Source: Nitrosopumilaceae archaeon (GTDB lineage: Archaea; Thermoproteota; Nitrososphaeria; Nitrososphaerales; Nitrosopumilaceae). From it: DNA of 64,000 nucleotides. The position numbers were made by a program, and so were the translations under genes. The notes beneath the pieces were generated by a model. It did not search any database. It was given only the letters and a program-made list of their open reading frames with translations, and was not told the DNA's origin. Positions 19,210 through 30,296 of this stretch are shown piece by piece (position 1 is the stretch's first letter; the number at the start of each line of letters is the position of its first letter). The DNA lies in assembly GCA_965207375.1 (NCBI GenBank), contig OZ242274.1, positions 1,440,001-1,504,000 on the forward strand, in the 5' to 3' direction.

Positions 19210-19781
19210 GTGTAGTATCAACATACAGAAAAGACAATCAAATTTTGGAAATATTTGTAGATGAAGATCCTACAAGTCCAAGAGAATGGGATAATCTAGG
19301 TACAATTATCGCTTATCATCCAGACTATATCCTTGGAGATAAACAAATGGATCTACAGACTGCACAGAATGAATGTAAAAAACATATCAAAACTGCATAT
19401 GTTGCATTGCCATTATACATGCTAGAACATAGCGGTATATGGTTGTCTACTGAAACATTTGTTTGTGACCTCCAGGGCTGGGATACTAGTGCTGTCGGCA
19501 TGATATACTGTACAAAATCAGAGGTAAAGAAAATGCTGCAAGTGGACACCCTAAAATCATCAGACAAAAAAAGAGTAGAACAAATCCTAAAAGAGGAAGT
19601 CGAGGAGTGTGGAGAATATCTAAACGGTGATGTATATGGATACTCTCTAAGTACGGTATCTAAATGCAACCAAGGAATGGAACATCTACATCTTGTCGAC
19701 TCTTGTGGTGGATACTATGGTCAAGAGGGCATAGACTCTATCCTTGAACAAAACGGCGCACAAGATTGGGAGAAGATATAA
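19206..19781 (+). CDS. Conserved phage/ICE-type hypothetical protein
   Basis: SPREWDNLG, LYMLEHSG, WDTSAVG and DSCGGYYG motifs familiar from mobile-element proteins. Confidence 0.7.
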   Translation: MSVVSTYRKDNQILEIFVDEDPTSPREWDNLGTIIAYHPDYILGDKQMDLQTAQNECKKHIKTAYVALPLYMLEHSGIWLSTETFVCDLQGWDTSAVGMIYCTKSEVKKMLQVDTLKSSDKKRVEQILKEEVEECGEYLNGDVYGYSLSTVSKCNQGMEHLHLVDSCGGYYGQEGIDSILEQNGAQDWEKI

Positions 19782-19962
19782 TCATGAGCACCGAATCTCG
19801 GCTCCTTTCACATTCCAAAAAGGAATTGGTAAATCTGCTCATCATGGCAAGTGCCAGGATTTTTACACTACAAAATGAAGTGAATGGGTACCAAACCAAT
19901 TGTAACTGCAAACCAAACACCGGTGACAGATTTGCAGACATTGATAGGGCGTGGAATAAACC

Positions 19963-20175
19963 ATGATTGACCAATATACAATGTATGTAGATCCAAACTA
20001 TTCGTATCTTAAAGTACCTAGAAAGGAACTAATCAAGATGGATGTACTTTCAAAAACCAGCAGTAGGTCATTCAGACGCGGGGCGTGGGTTCTACTAAGA
20101 GAGGGTGCTGACATGAACAGATTCATGAAGCAAAAAGGTCAGGTAGAAATCATAAAAGAGTTCACACTAGTGTGA
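19963..20175 (+). CDS. Hypothetical protein, paralog of 33082-33369
   Basis: DPNYSYLKVP...WVLLREGADM vs DAGHGWLRVP...WVYLEEDLDA. Confidence 0.6.
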   Translation: MIDQYTMYVDPNYSYLKVPRKELIKMDVLSKTSSRSFRRGAWVLLREGADMNRFMKQKGQVEIIKEFTLV

Positions 20176-20312
20176 GGGGGTAAAACCATGGAACAACAAA
20201 TTAAAGAGAAATGTGTATCATGTGGGGATATAGCAACAATCAATATGTTTGGGAGTCACCTGTGTGACACATGTGTTGATTTTGTCAAAATTACCAAAAA
20301 ACCTACAGAAAC

Positions 20313-20615
20313 ATGAATCAACAAACTAGACTGGAAAAACTTGCAAAGTGTCTTGATACTATATTGACAACACCAAAAATCAATGGTACAGTAGACGAGT
20401 TTTACGGATATGAAGAGACACATTCTGGACTCTGGTTAAGTGCTGATGACGGCAACAAAATAGATGACATGTCAGCATTTGATTATCATCTGATGGACTC
20501 TGACGAAAAACAATACGTAATGGGTGTACATAAAAAAATACACGAAATACTTTGTCAACAAAAAGCACATACAGAATATCATGATCCGGCAACGATTATG
20601 ATATATCTGGACTAG
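20313..20615 (+). CDS. Hypothetical protein, paralog of 20817-21296
   Basis: Shared FDY...GVHKK...(EYHDPAT/EWYDAGT). Confidence 0.65.
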   Translation: MNQQTRLEKLAKCLDTILTTPKINGTVDEFYGYEETHSGLWLSADDGNKIDDMSAFDYHLMDSDEKQYVMGVHKKIHEILCQQKAHTEYHDPATIMIYLD

Positions 20616-20623
20616 GTAAAACC

Positions 20624-20866
20624 ATGAAAAACGAACCTACACAAAACACTCAATATGTCAACATGCCAAAGCCACACTCGCTACTAGTATTATCTTGGGA
20701 AGATATTGTATCACAAGCAGATGACATGGACATGAAAATCACAAGAGAGCAATGTATTGAGGTGTTTAACAAAATTATATCATCTAATATGGACTCTATA
20801 ATGGATTCCTTTTGGCATGATATCAGATTTTGGTTGGACACCATACATGACGAAAACAAATTATAA
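20624..20866 (+). CDS. Hypothetical protein
   Basis: 80-aa operonic ORF. Confidence 0.6.
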   Translation: MKNEPTQNTQYVNMPKPHSLLVLSWEDIVSQADDMDMKITREQCIEVFNKIISSNMDSIMDSFWHDIRFWLDTIHDENKL

Positions 20867-21296
20867 AATCACGGAGTTGATGAAATTGAACGGAAAATCA
20901 AAATCCAAACTGGTTGAACCAGAAAGGAATTTAGCAAAACAACGATTGGAAAATCTGAAACAGGATCTAGAAGAGTTTCTAGAGGACCCACAAATTGGCA
21001 TGACCATAGATGAGTGGAGCGGCAGAGCCGAAACATATTATGGTATTGTAATGTCAGGTGAGGGAGGCAATCGGGTTAATGGCATTCCTGGCTTTGACTA
21101 TTATGAGGAATGTGATTATCTGGCAGCAGAGGCTGTAACAGAATTTGGCGGTTCTACACCAGAGACAACATATGACTTTGGAGTCCACAAAAAGCTCAAA
21201 GAGTTTCTTCAAAAAAGAGGAGCAAGTGCAGAATGGTATGATGCAGGGACTGTTCATGTATACTTTGAAGAACCCCGTCAAGCACCAAAAAGATGA
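20817..21296 (+). CDS. Hypothetical protein (true start probably ~20847)
   Basis: Paralog of 20313-20615. Confidence 0.65.
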   Translation: MISDFGWTPYMTKTNYKITELMKLNGKSKSKLVEPERNLAKQRLENLKQDLEEFLEDPQIGMTIDEWSGRAETYYGIVMSGEGGNRVNGIPGFDYYEECDYLAAEAVTEFGGSTPETTYDFGVHKKLKEFLQKRGASAEWYDAGTVHVYFEEPRQAPKR

Positions 21297-21388
21297 ATTG
21301 TAAAACATTCGTAGATAATCTACGATACAATATGTCATGTGAAACATTACTGATATCGGTAGACAATACAAAAAGGAGGTACGATATA

Positions 21389-21649
21389 ATGAACCAAGAA
21401 ATACAAGTGATTAAACCAAAGGTAACATTTGATTTTGATGTACCAGAATCTTACAAAACGGTAAAGGCCTTTACTTTACTGTCTGAAAAAGAATTGCAGA
21501 CATTTAGAGAAAAGGGTGCTGCTCTGATAATATCAGTAGATGGTAAATTCATACCGGTACTGTTACACTCAGATGTACCAACACAAGCAACAGCAGTTCG
21601 TGACACACAAGGAAACCTGTGGGGTATTCCTGCAGTAGCAGGTGGTTAA
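21389..21649 (+). CDS. Second small protein ending IPAVAGG
   Basis: GGAGGT SD before ATG 21389; 86 aa; ends GIPAVAGG*. Confidence 0.65.
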   Translation: MNQEIQVIKPKVTFDFDVPESYKTVKAFTLLSEKELQTFREKGAALIISVDGKFIPVLLHSDVPTQATAVRDTQGNLWGIPAVAGG

Positions 21650-22265
21650 AATGGGATACACCCACTATTATCGCGTTTCAGCAGAGTTTGATGCAGACAA
21701 ATTTTTCAACGTAGCATCTGATTTTAAGAAAATGATAACACCACTCAAACATCTAGGTATATCACTAGGTGACGGTCATGGTGAAAATCATCCTATAATC
21801 ACGCCAAAGGAAATCTGCTTTAACGGCTTGAAAAACTGTGGTCATCAGAAACGACATATTGTGCTGCCATGGCCAGGTGAAAATGCAACAGGAGTTGCTA
21901 CACATGGCACAGATACCAAACTGGTAATAGGAAAAAATACATCATGGTTTGCAGGCCCTCAAATTGAAACTAGGGTATGTAACGGTGATTGCTCCTATGA
22001 GACGTTTTCTCTACAACAGAAATTTGAAAAAATGTACGATGAACAGAGCCCAGAAGCATCCGGTGGTCTATTCTTTGATTTCTGCAAAACAGCCTATAGA
22101 CCATATGACTTGGCAGTAAATACCTGTCTGGTTATAGCACAACATCATTTGGGTCCTGCCATTGAGATATCATCTGATGGAGACATGAATCATTGGGAGG
22201 AATCTATGCAACTTTGTAACCACTTTCTAGGGTTTGGTGCGGACTTTACATTGGGTGGCTCATAA
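21642..22265 (+). CDS. Conserved mobile-element hypothetical protein
   Basis: MGYTHYY, FCKTAYRPYDLAV and ISSDG motifs. Confidence 0.7.
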   Translation: MVKMGYTHYYRVSAEFDADKFFNVASDFKKMITPLKHLGISLGDGHGENHPIITPKEICFNGLKNCGHQKRHIVLPWPGENATGVATHGTDTKLVIGKNTSWFAGPQIETRVCNGDCSYETFSLQQKFEKMYDEQSPEASGGLFFDFCKTAYRPYDLAVNTCLVIAQHHLGPAIEISSDGDMNHWEESMQLCNHFLGFGADFTLGGS

Positions 22266-22753
22266 TGCCAAATTGGTGTTTTAGCAATATTACAATTTCA
22301 GGCACAAAGCAAAGCATCGATGCAATAGCTGCTATCAATCTTGATTTTGAAAAGATTCTTCCTACTCCAAAAGAACTGCTAAAATATAGCAGACACACTA
22401 TAGATGCAGAAATAGAAAAACACAACATTGCAAAATACGGGTTTGTTGACTGGTATGAATGGCGATTACATCACTGGGGTACAAAGTGGTCAGCAGACGT
22501 TCAAGGAGTTAGTAGAGAAGGTGACAAAATCATTCACATCAATATCGTTACCCCCTGGGGGTTACCATATGCAATGTTTAAAAAAATCACAAAAGACTAT
22601 GCCGATGTTACCCTAGAGGTAACTGATTGTGAAGAAGAATCAGGAGCGTTTGTAGGCAATTGCACCTTTAAACGGGGACGGTGTACAATAAACAACATAC
22701 ACGAACCCACAAAGAAGGAACTACGAGAACGTGGTATGTTGGATGAAGAATAA
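22265..22753 (+). CDS. DUF1281/YubB ferredoxin-like protein
   Basis: MPNWC...DFEKILPTP...DWYEWRLHHWGTKW...TPW. Confidence 0.75.
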   Translation: MPNWCFSNITISGTKQSIDAIAAINLDFEKILPTPKELLKYSRHTIDAEIEKHNIAKYGFVDWYEWRLHHWGTKWSADVQGVSREGDKIIHINIVTPWGLPYAMFKKITKDYADVTLEVTDCEEESGAFVGNCTFKRGRCTINNIHEPTKKELRERGMLDEE

Positions 22754-22831
22754 CAACAAAACATGATTGATTGTCTCAAACTCTAAAAACAATATCATTG
22801 TGGTTAACACCCCGATGATGGAGGTGGTACA

Positions 22832-23347
22832 ATGAAAAAAGAAAAAATCAAAAAGGCAGGAGAAGGTATTAAAAAACGAATAATCAAACGACAAAACATC
22901 ATCTATTTCACCCTGATTGGCATCGGTACATCATTTGCTGTTACAACTATATCAGGAACCAAGGATATGACAGGTGAAGCAATAGCCTTTATTATTACCG
23001 GCAGCATAGGTATTATCATGTCATGGACTACAACTGATATTGGTGAGAGTATTAAGGCTGTAATGCGAGAGGTTGGTAGAAATAATCAAAAGATATTGAA
23101 ATCTATAGCCAAATCACAAGATACCCTCGTGTCATGGACTACAACTGATATTGGTGGGAGTATAAGGCAGGAAATGCGGGAGATTAGCAGAGAAAATCAA
23201 ACTATATTGGAATCCCTTACCAAATCACAAGATAGGCTTGCCAAATCTCTTGATGAACTAAAAGAAATTTCCAAAGATGAATTTTCCAAGACACAGCAAG
23301 AAATTTCCAAAGTACATGATGATACAACAAAACTCCTGCAAAAATAG
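22832..23347 (+). CDS. Two-TM coiled-coil protein, divergent family member
   Basis: IAFIITGSIGIIMSWTTTD resembles IAFIIAGFVGLIMSWITAD; internal duplication. Confidence 0.75.
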   Translation: MKKEKIKKAGEGIKKRIIKRQNIIYFTLIGIGTSFAVTTISGTKDMTGEAIAFIITGSIGIIMSWTTTDIGESIKAVMREVGRNNQKILKSIAKSQDTLVSWTTTDIGGSIRQEMREISRENQTILESLTKSQDRLAKSLDELKEISKDEFSKTQQEISKVHDDTTKLLQK

Positions 23348-23374
23348 AATCTACAACCAAAGGAGGTAGATATA

Positions 23375-23893
23375 ATGACAGTTCAAAACTGTATAACTAA
23401 AGCCGCCCATAATCTGGGTGTAACATTAGAAGAACACACACCTACGGCCGTTACAGGCCTTATAAGCAAAATAAAACATGGGGGTCAAATGATTGAAAAA
23501 GGCCCATACAAATATGACGTACAGAGTGTAATGACTTTGGGTCATTTACCTGATACTGTACTTGTAGTATCACAGATGAGCGGTGGTGCAGTAACTGGGA
23601 CACAGTATTTCATAAACACCACATATTTGATTGCGCAAAACATGCGAAACGGTCAAAGTGATGCCGGATTGCGCAGAAGCAGGGGATTTTCCATAGATAA
23701 AAATGATCTTGATTCTCTGATAGAGACCCTGCAAAACATACGTGATGGCAAGTGTGGTCACTATTTTGTATGTGCCACCTGCACTGGAGGAAAATCAAAG
23801 ATTGTACTGCATCATAAACAAAATGCAAATGACCAAGAGATTTGTCCAAAAAGTACAGAACAGAGTTCAGGAAGCTCATTTGTGATAGAGTGA
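23375..23893 (+). CDS. Hypothetical protein
   Basis: GGAGGT SD; 172 aa. Confidence 0.65.
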   Translation: MTVQNCITKAAHNLGVTLEEHTPTAVTGLISKIKHGGQMIEKGPYKYDVQSVMTLGHLPDTVLVVSQMSGGAVTGTQYFINTTYLIAQNMRNGQSDAGLRRSRGFSIDKNDLDSLIETLQNIRDGKCGHYFVCATCTGGKSKIVLHHKQNANDQEICPKSTEQSSGSSFVIE

Positions 23894-23897
23894 TACC

Positions 23898-24560
23898 ATG
23901 AATCCTAACACGAAAATACTAGAGGAAAGAGAGGAGCTGCTGATAATTGATGACGGCAATGGTATAACCACCATTCCAAAATCTGATTATTACCTACTGC
24001 GAATCAAATACTATAACGGCAATAGAATATTTTACGACTGGGGCACAGATGATGCAACAGTAAAAGAAACATACAATGATGGAATATTCAACTGCTGGCT
24101 TGAAGGCAGACAGGTTCAGATAGCAGATGCAAGTGGTGTATCTAGTGCCATTTTAAATCAGAATGTCAAATCATACAAACAACTCTTTGAGAAATGGTTT
24201 GAGGTGACAGCCCAAGAGGCAGTCATAGACATGCTACTTGAAAAACACATCACCCGTGTAGCCAAGACCAAAGCCGGATACGAGATAGACGGAGTATTTA
24301 TGGTAAACAAACATGGTGTGTCACATTGTATAGAAAACGAAAAGTGGAGACACTTGTGTCTTGTTGCAGTAAGCACACCTTCCATGAGTATAGTTGTCCG
24401 AAATCTGGGTCGCGTCAAAATAAACCCGATAACGTCAACCATAATGGCCAAGATAAACTTTCTGTTAAATCCAAACATGAAAGATAGAGTGTTTACCAGC
24501 CAGCTTACAGAACAATGCAAAAGACATCTCAAACATACGTATCAGGAGGTAAAACAATGA
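23898..24560 (+). CDS. Hypothetical protein
   Basis: 220-aa operonic ORF. Confidence 0.7.
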   Translation: MNPNTKILEEREELLIIDDGNGITTIPKSDYYLLRIKYYNGNRIFYDWGTDDATVKETYNDGIFNCWLEGRQVQIADASGVSSAILNQNVKSYKQLFEKWFEVTAQEAVIDMLLEKHITRVAKTKAGYEIDGVFMVNKHGVSHCIENEKWRHLCLVAVSTPSMSIVVRNLGRVKINPITSTIMAKINFLLNPNMKDRVFTSQLTEQCKRHLKHTYQEVKQ

Positions 24561-25394
24561 ACAAGACAAGAATCAAAAAGACAAAACCGCAAGAATTTAC
24601 CTTTGAGGATGAAACCAGAGACTGTACAGATATTGATGGTACACAAGAGCCGTATGATTGGACAGAGCAAGGCAGAGAAAATCACGCCCTGAAACCATGT
24701 AAAACTTGTAGAGACGAGACAATACAATGAAAACACAATATGTAATTACAGAAATGGATACATTGGAAAATAAAAAATGGTAAAATCACGTCTAGTTTAC
24801 AGTCTTGCCAAAGTTTCAAAATGTATTCAAAATGAAATCTACTATTTGGTATCTGTCAAGGCCAAGTCAATATGGAATGGCTGTGATACCTGATACAAGC
24901 AAGATGATTGGATAGACCCGCCCCGGATACTGGGCCAATCTATACTATACATGATGATATTACATTCATCTCTGGTTTTCATTGTGAAAAAACAGTACAA
25001 AAATGGTTTGACTGGCAATCTAGGAGGTAATTTCAATGGACATCAATGTAACAAACAGAGACATACAAAAAGCAATTGAGACAAAGGCCAAACTTGCAAC
25101 ACTGATATCAAGACACAACAAACTTGTCAGGCTTCAGTATCGCAGGGGCAATTCACAATGATCATCTATAGATGTAATTCTTGTGAATATATCTCCAGTC
25201 AATGGCGCAAGGCACAACACCATGTAAAACACACCAAACATTCTGGATTTTTTGAAGATGTTATCGGCAGTTAATGGAAAATACACAAATCAAAAAGAAA
25301 TTTGCAATGATGCAAAAAATCCAAAAAATGGGGAGGGGCCATATTTGGTCTATTTTGGCCCTTAAATACAAAAGTAATCACTGGAGATGATAAA

Positions 25395-25916
25395 ATGACC
25401 ATAACAACTATAGCACAAGCAAAAGCAAATCTAAAAGGAAGCATAGAGGCAACCGTAATACAAGAGACTCAGATCAAAGAGGGTCAAACAAACGGTAAAT
25501 CGTGGAAAAACAAACGCTACACATTACAGGATGATACCGATACGGTACAAATCACGTTATGGGGAAATGACGTTGACCTGTTAAAAATGAATTACAGATA
25601 CAAACTGACAGGCGGTTGGTGGAAGGAGTTTAGCGGTACAGTACAGTTAGATGCAGGCAAATATCTTAAAATCCAACAGATAGGTGCACCTGCAAATGAA
25701 GCCGTACAGAATATACCAGATATAAAAAACATATTTGCTGATTACTTTGAACCCAAAGTCAAGGGTATAATTGAGGCACAAACAGAAAATCTATACGCCA
25801 TACATTATGCCGTACTAGACAAACTAAAACAGTATGAGCAAGCTCCGGACCCACAACTAGTGCAATTGTTTACCCGAATTATTTACGGTAATCTTGAAGC
25901 TGCAAGACGAAAATAG
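25395..25916 (+). CDS. OB-fold single-stranded DNA-binding protein (RPA/SSB-like)
   Basis: LQDDTDTVQITLWG...GGWWKEFSGTVQL archaeal SSB pattern. Confidence 0.85.
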   Translation: MTITTIAQAKANLKGSIEATVIQETQIKEGQTNGKSWKNKRYTLQDDTDTVQITLWGNDVDLLKMNYRYKLTGGWWKEFSGTVQLDAGKYLKIQQIGAPANEAVQNIPDIKNIFADYFEPKVKGIIEAQTENLYAIHYAVLDKLKQYEQAPDPQLVQLFTRIIYGNLEAARRK

Positions 25917-25937
25917 TTTTCCAAAAAGGAGGAGAAA

Positions 25938-26204
25938 ATGAAAAATACAGTAATGAAATTTGTCCATGTAAAATGTATGGACTGCCCGTATGATGACTAT
26001 ATCTGCATAGCACAACCAGGACATTTGGCAGTAGGCCAGATTATACATCTTGGAGAAAAATGCTACTGCGGTTCATATCGAGTACGGGTAATAGGACATG
26101 ATGGTTTAAAGGCAGTAGAACACAACTATGCCAAATGTGGACTGCCATTTGACCGTGAAGAATTTTTAGATAGCATAAAGTCACAGATGCTTGAAAACCA
26201 ATGA
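25938..26204 (+). CDS. Zn-ribbon hypothetical protein
   Basis: CMDC...CYCGS; AGGAGG SD. Confidence 0.6.
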   Translation: MKNTVMKFVHVKCMDCPYDDYICIAQPGHLAVGQIIHLGEKCYCGSYRVRVIGHDGLKAVEHNYAKCGLPFDREEFLDSIKSQMLENQ

Positions 26205-26815
26205 GTACAAGACGTATAGCAAGAAACATTGCAATAAGTGTGGTAATCATGGTCTGCTTTGTTATACTAGCACCTATAATCAGCACCCATGTCACACCTA
26301 CAGTATATGAACTTGTAGAAACAGGCATAAAAGAAATAGACAATACCGGCAGGAACATGACACCAGATGGAACAACACAGATATGGTATAACAGAGCTGA
26401 TGCAACTGAAATATCTGAATCAGTCTCTTCTACAAATCCTGACAAACCTAAATTTGGTAAAAGTACGGCAGGCAGTATAGGGCGTATTGTAGATGGTGAC
26501 ACACTAGATATCAACGGTCAAAGAATACGACTTGCACTAGTTAACACACCTGAACGTGGAGAAGCCGGATATGAAGAGGCAAAAATATACCTCAACGCAA
26601 AGTGTCCGGTTGGAAGCACGGCAATTTATGACCCAGATGATACACAAAAGCCGTCTTATGGCCGAATAGTTGCAAAGGTATGGTGTGTTCATTCAACTAG
26701 TGAAATATCTGTAAATGAGATGCTTGTATTATCCGGACATGCACAAATATTAGATTCATTTTGCAAACAAAGTGAATTTGGTAGAGAATCTTGGGCCCGC
26801 AGCAGCGGTTGCTAG
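26201..26815 (+). CDS. Membrane-anchored thermonuclease (SNase family)
   Basis: IVDGDTL...RIRLALVNTPE...YGRIVA...VNEMLVLSGHA. Confidence 0.9.
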   Translation: MSTRRIARNIAISVVIMVCFVILAPIISTHVTPTVYELVETGIKEIDNTGRNMTPDGTTQIWYNRADATEISESVSSTNPDKPKFGKSTAGSIGRIVDGDTLDINGQRIRLALVNTPERGEAGYEEAKIYLNAKCPVGSTAIYDPDDTQKPSYGRIVAKVWCVHSTSEISVNEMLVLSGHAQILDSFCKQSEFGRESWARSSGC

Positions 26816-26866
26816 ATTCAGGTAAACTATGGAATACAGAATTGTCCTAGATGGGATCACGATATA

Positions 26867-27202
26867 ATGGAATATCCAGACAAACTGAGTGATTCCCAAA
26901 AGCTGGTATTTGTCAAAACCATGTCAGAAAAAATGCATTACAAACTGTCTACAATGACAGTTGGTGACATTAAAAATTTCTGGAATAATACTGACAGTAA
27001 CATAAGAAAACTGTTACTGTATGTGTCACTTGACAAAAAGTTTGTAACGAAGCTCTGTCACAAACATGCCGATTCGCTCAAAGATTTAGTCAGAGATGTA
27101 ACTATACATGATTGGAATGATTCCAAGTATAAAGACGTCTTTGATCTAGATGAGATATTTGGCAAAATAGCGATACAAGACTGCGATTTACCGTACAGGT
27201 AA
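26867..27202 (+). CDS. Hypothetical protein
   Basis: 111-aa operonic ORF. Confidence 0.6.
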   Translation: MEYPDKLSDSQKLVFVKTMSEKMHYKLSTMTVGDIKNFWNNTDSNIRKLLLYVSLDKKFVTKLCHKHADSLKDLVRDVTIHDWNDSKYKDVFDLDEIFGKIAIQDCDLPYR

Positions 27203-27211
27203 GGAGGTATC

Positions 27212-28042
27212 ATGGCACACGAACTAGAAAAATCAAAATCAGCCAACGTAAACGAACAGCTGAAAAAAATAGTAGATGCATTCTCAACTGAGAAATTCCC
27301 AGAGGTCTTATCCACTACATACATCAAATCTATGGGCAAGCCAATTGAAAACTGGAGTTTTGGAAACAAGATGATTGCAATGTTTGAAGGTACTACAGAT
27401 GCTAGAACCTACAATCAATGGCACAAAGTAGGACGACATCCCAAAAAGGGTTCAAAGGCGTTTTACATTCTTGCACCAAATACGTACAGAAAAAAGGAGA
27501 TCAATGCAGAAACAGGTGCAGAAGATACTGTGACTGTAATGAAAGGGTTCAGGGGCATGCCAGTATTTAGATTCGAAGATACAGAAGGTGCGAGTCTTAA
27601 GGTATCAAAGGAGCCAAAATTGCCGCCCTTAATGGAGGTGGCAAAACACTTTGGTGCAGATGTAAGATTTGAGGCAAAAACTGACGGTGCCTATGGCTAT
27701 TTTGCACCGCGTACAGACAAGCCTCTGATTGTACTGTGTAGTGAAGACCCTACAATATTTTTCCACGAATTGACCCATCTGGTACACCATGTGTGCATAG
27801 AAAAACTAAAACCCGGACAGGACCAAGAACAAGAGACAGTAGCACAACTTTCTGCCTGTGTTCTAGGAGCAATGTACGGTATAGACAATATGGCATTTAG
27901 CTGGAACTATATTGCAAACTATGCAAAAACCAACAAACCCGAAGCCGTAGGTAGAGTATGTCTTAAGGTGCTATCTAAGGTACAAAAAATCCTAAAGATA
28001 ATTCTCGAATTTGAAGAAAAGTCAAAGGAGGCGATGTCATGA
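27212..28042 (+). CDS. ardC: ArdC-like ssDNA-binding antirestriction protein with zincin domain
   Basis: WSFGN...TYNQWHKVGRHPKKGSKA...VFRFEDTEG; HELTH metallopeptidase motif. Confidence 0.75.
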   Translation: MAHELEKSKSANVNEQLKKIVDAFSTEKFPEVLSTTYIKSMGKPIENWSFGNKMIAMFEGTTDARTYNQWHKVGRHPKKGSKAFYILAPNTYRKKEINAETGAEDTVTVMKGFRGMPVFRFEDTEGASLKVSKEPKLPPLMEVAKHFGADVRFEAKTDGAYGYFAPRTDKPLIVLCSEDPTIFFHELTHLVHHVCIEKLKPGQDQEQETVAQLSACVLGAMYGIDNMAFSWNYIANYAKTNKPEAVGRVCLKVLSKVQKILKIILEFEEKSKEAMS

Positions 28043-28602
28043 AAACAAAAATTCCAAAAGAAATACCCAAAGTACAACACACTACGACTCAAATTCCAAA
28101 CGATGTTGCCTTAACATGTGCACAATGTGACAAAAGTTTGATAAAAGGAACAGAGCCCATCTATGTTATACAGACAGAAAACAAAGATATTTTCTATCTT
28201 TGCAAACCCTGTGTTCAAATATGTGCAGAGAGGGCAAATACATGAATGTCAAAGAAATCCTAAAACTGACACAAGAGGTAAAAATCAAACCTCGTGCGAC
28301 ACTTGAAGAGGCCGTTATTAATTTAACAATCCAAAATGAAACCTTGAAAAAAGCCTTGATTGAACTCCAACTAAAATTACAGGATTCAAAAAAATGGTTT
28401 AATGCAAAAGAGTTTTCTAATCTGGATGATGAATTGGAGAATGTCAAAGCATGACCTTTGATGAAATTATCGAAGACATTGATTGGAAACTACAGAATCT
28501 ACTAGAGACTCTAGACGGTGCAAAGTTCAAAGAGGAAATAGAAAAGGCAAGAGAGCAACTAGATACCATCTTGGTAAATATTCATTATGGTGACGAGATA
28601 CA

Positions 28603-28809
28603 ATGAGTCATAATTTATCCGGATGTAACGGCAACGCATTTGCAATAATGAGTAGAACGTCTAAACTGTTACGAGATGCAGGTGTATCAGAAAAAGAAAT
28701 TGATGATATTATACAGCAAGCAAAAAGCCGAGACTATGACAATCTGTTAAGGGTCTGCATTGTATCACTTGACAAACACCTGACAGGTGATTCAAAAAAT
28801 GCTAGTTAA
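28603..28809 (+). CDS. Conserved small mobile-element protein
   Basis: GNAFAIM...DYDNLL motif. Confidence 0.65.
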   Translation: MSHNLSGCNGNAFAIMSRTSKLLRDAGVSEKEIDDIIQQAKSRDYDNLLRVCIVSLDKHLTGDSKNAS

Positions 28810-29788
28810 TTATACAAAATACTCTTTACTGTCGTAAATGTTCAAAACGACAGGAAAAGGGTATCTGGTGTCCACAATGCAACAGCCGTCTAAGAAATTC
28901 TAGGAGGTTTAAACGAGATGCCCAGTTACGATGATGAATCCTTGCATTCTCGATGCAAAAAGTGGTTTACACCAAAGCGCATGTGGTGTCCTGACTGTAA
29001 ATGTCGCTGTAGAAACGGACCTCGTGATAAATGGAAGAAACAAAAATTTGAGCAGAGAATGTCTCAAAACGACAAGCCAAAATGAGGCAGTAAAATCTGG
29101 AAAAATCAAAATGGAGGAGATATAATGACAAACCATAAAACAACACCAGTGATAACTCTTTGATTCGAGTACTTTCAAGGGAGCCTTTTCGCTCTTGTGG
29201 CAAAGATTATTTCAGAATAGGGGGCCATCTGATTGAGGCTGAATCAATGTCTGATTTGGCAATTAAATTAGATGATACAGATGATTATCCAAAATGCCCC
29301 GATTGTCATGGTAGTGTCATCTGGGCAGAAGCAGGAAATTCATCTGGTACTTGCATGTGCAAGGACTGTGACAGTTACTTTGCAGATTCGGCACATCATG
29401 CAAAAAAAGATAAACTATAATCACAAAGGAGGAAAAATGAACACACAATATCCAGACGAGATCCCAAATGATTGCACATTGTGGGAATCAGGTTGGGACA
29501 AAATAGTCATCATAGATGATGAAAATCTCTCAAACAAAGAAAAGATACAACACATCAAAAAGGCAGCAAAAGAATGTGGTGGTCAGATATATACACTGAC
29601 TGATTTTACAGATGAGACCGACAGCTACCTGTTTTCAAAAGGTATACGGTTTTCAAACCGACTCGATACATACATGGTAGTATACAGACACAACTACACA
29701 GTATGTCATGAATGCTAAAATTACATCCTGTCATGAACCCACAAGTAGAACAAACAATATCCATTATCGAATCTTTTTTTAAGTAGAT

Positions 29789-29935
29789 ATGGACATAAAG
29801 AACATGACAAATGCAGAAGAGATAGATGACTTGACTCTAGAGGAGATCAAGGCCATTGATGACTATTATGCAGACGATACAAACAAGATAGTATTCAATA
29901 CCGCGGAAGAACTTATCCGTTGGTTAAATGAGTGA
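29789..29935 (+). CDS. Putative short antitoxin
   Basis: MDIKNMTNAEE...FNTAEELIRWLNE*; acidic; overlaps the toxin start. Confidence 0.55.
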   Translation: MDIKNMTNAEEIDDLTLEEIKAIDDYYADDTNKIVFNTAEELIRWLNE

Positions 29936-30206
29936 CACATGAAAGTGGAGATTTAAAATCAAAACACAGTTCAAAAAACAATACAAACGCCTTGATGGTA
30001 CAATCCAGAAAAAAGCAAACCAAGCAATATTAGAGATTCGAAATTCAGAAAATCCAGTATATCTTGGAAAATACAAGCAAAGTAAAGGGGTATTCACATA
30101 CGAGATTGGAACCAAATATCGCATCATGTACAGTATAGACTGGAGTAATCACACCGTAGAAATTCTCTGTGTATGTGATCACAAATCAGTTTATGGTAAG
30201 GATTGA
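29928..30206 (+). pseudogene. RelE/ParE-family toxin with in-frame TGA at codon 5
   Basis: MSDT*KWRFKIKTQFKKQYKRLD...YRIMYSID...EILCVCDHKSVY. Confidence 0.75.
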
Positions 30207-30296
30207 GACTATCCTCTCTGATAAACCTAGACTGATTCAATCCCCGTTAATACCACGAGTAATTCGACACTGAAAAGTTATACTAGGAGGTAGAAA

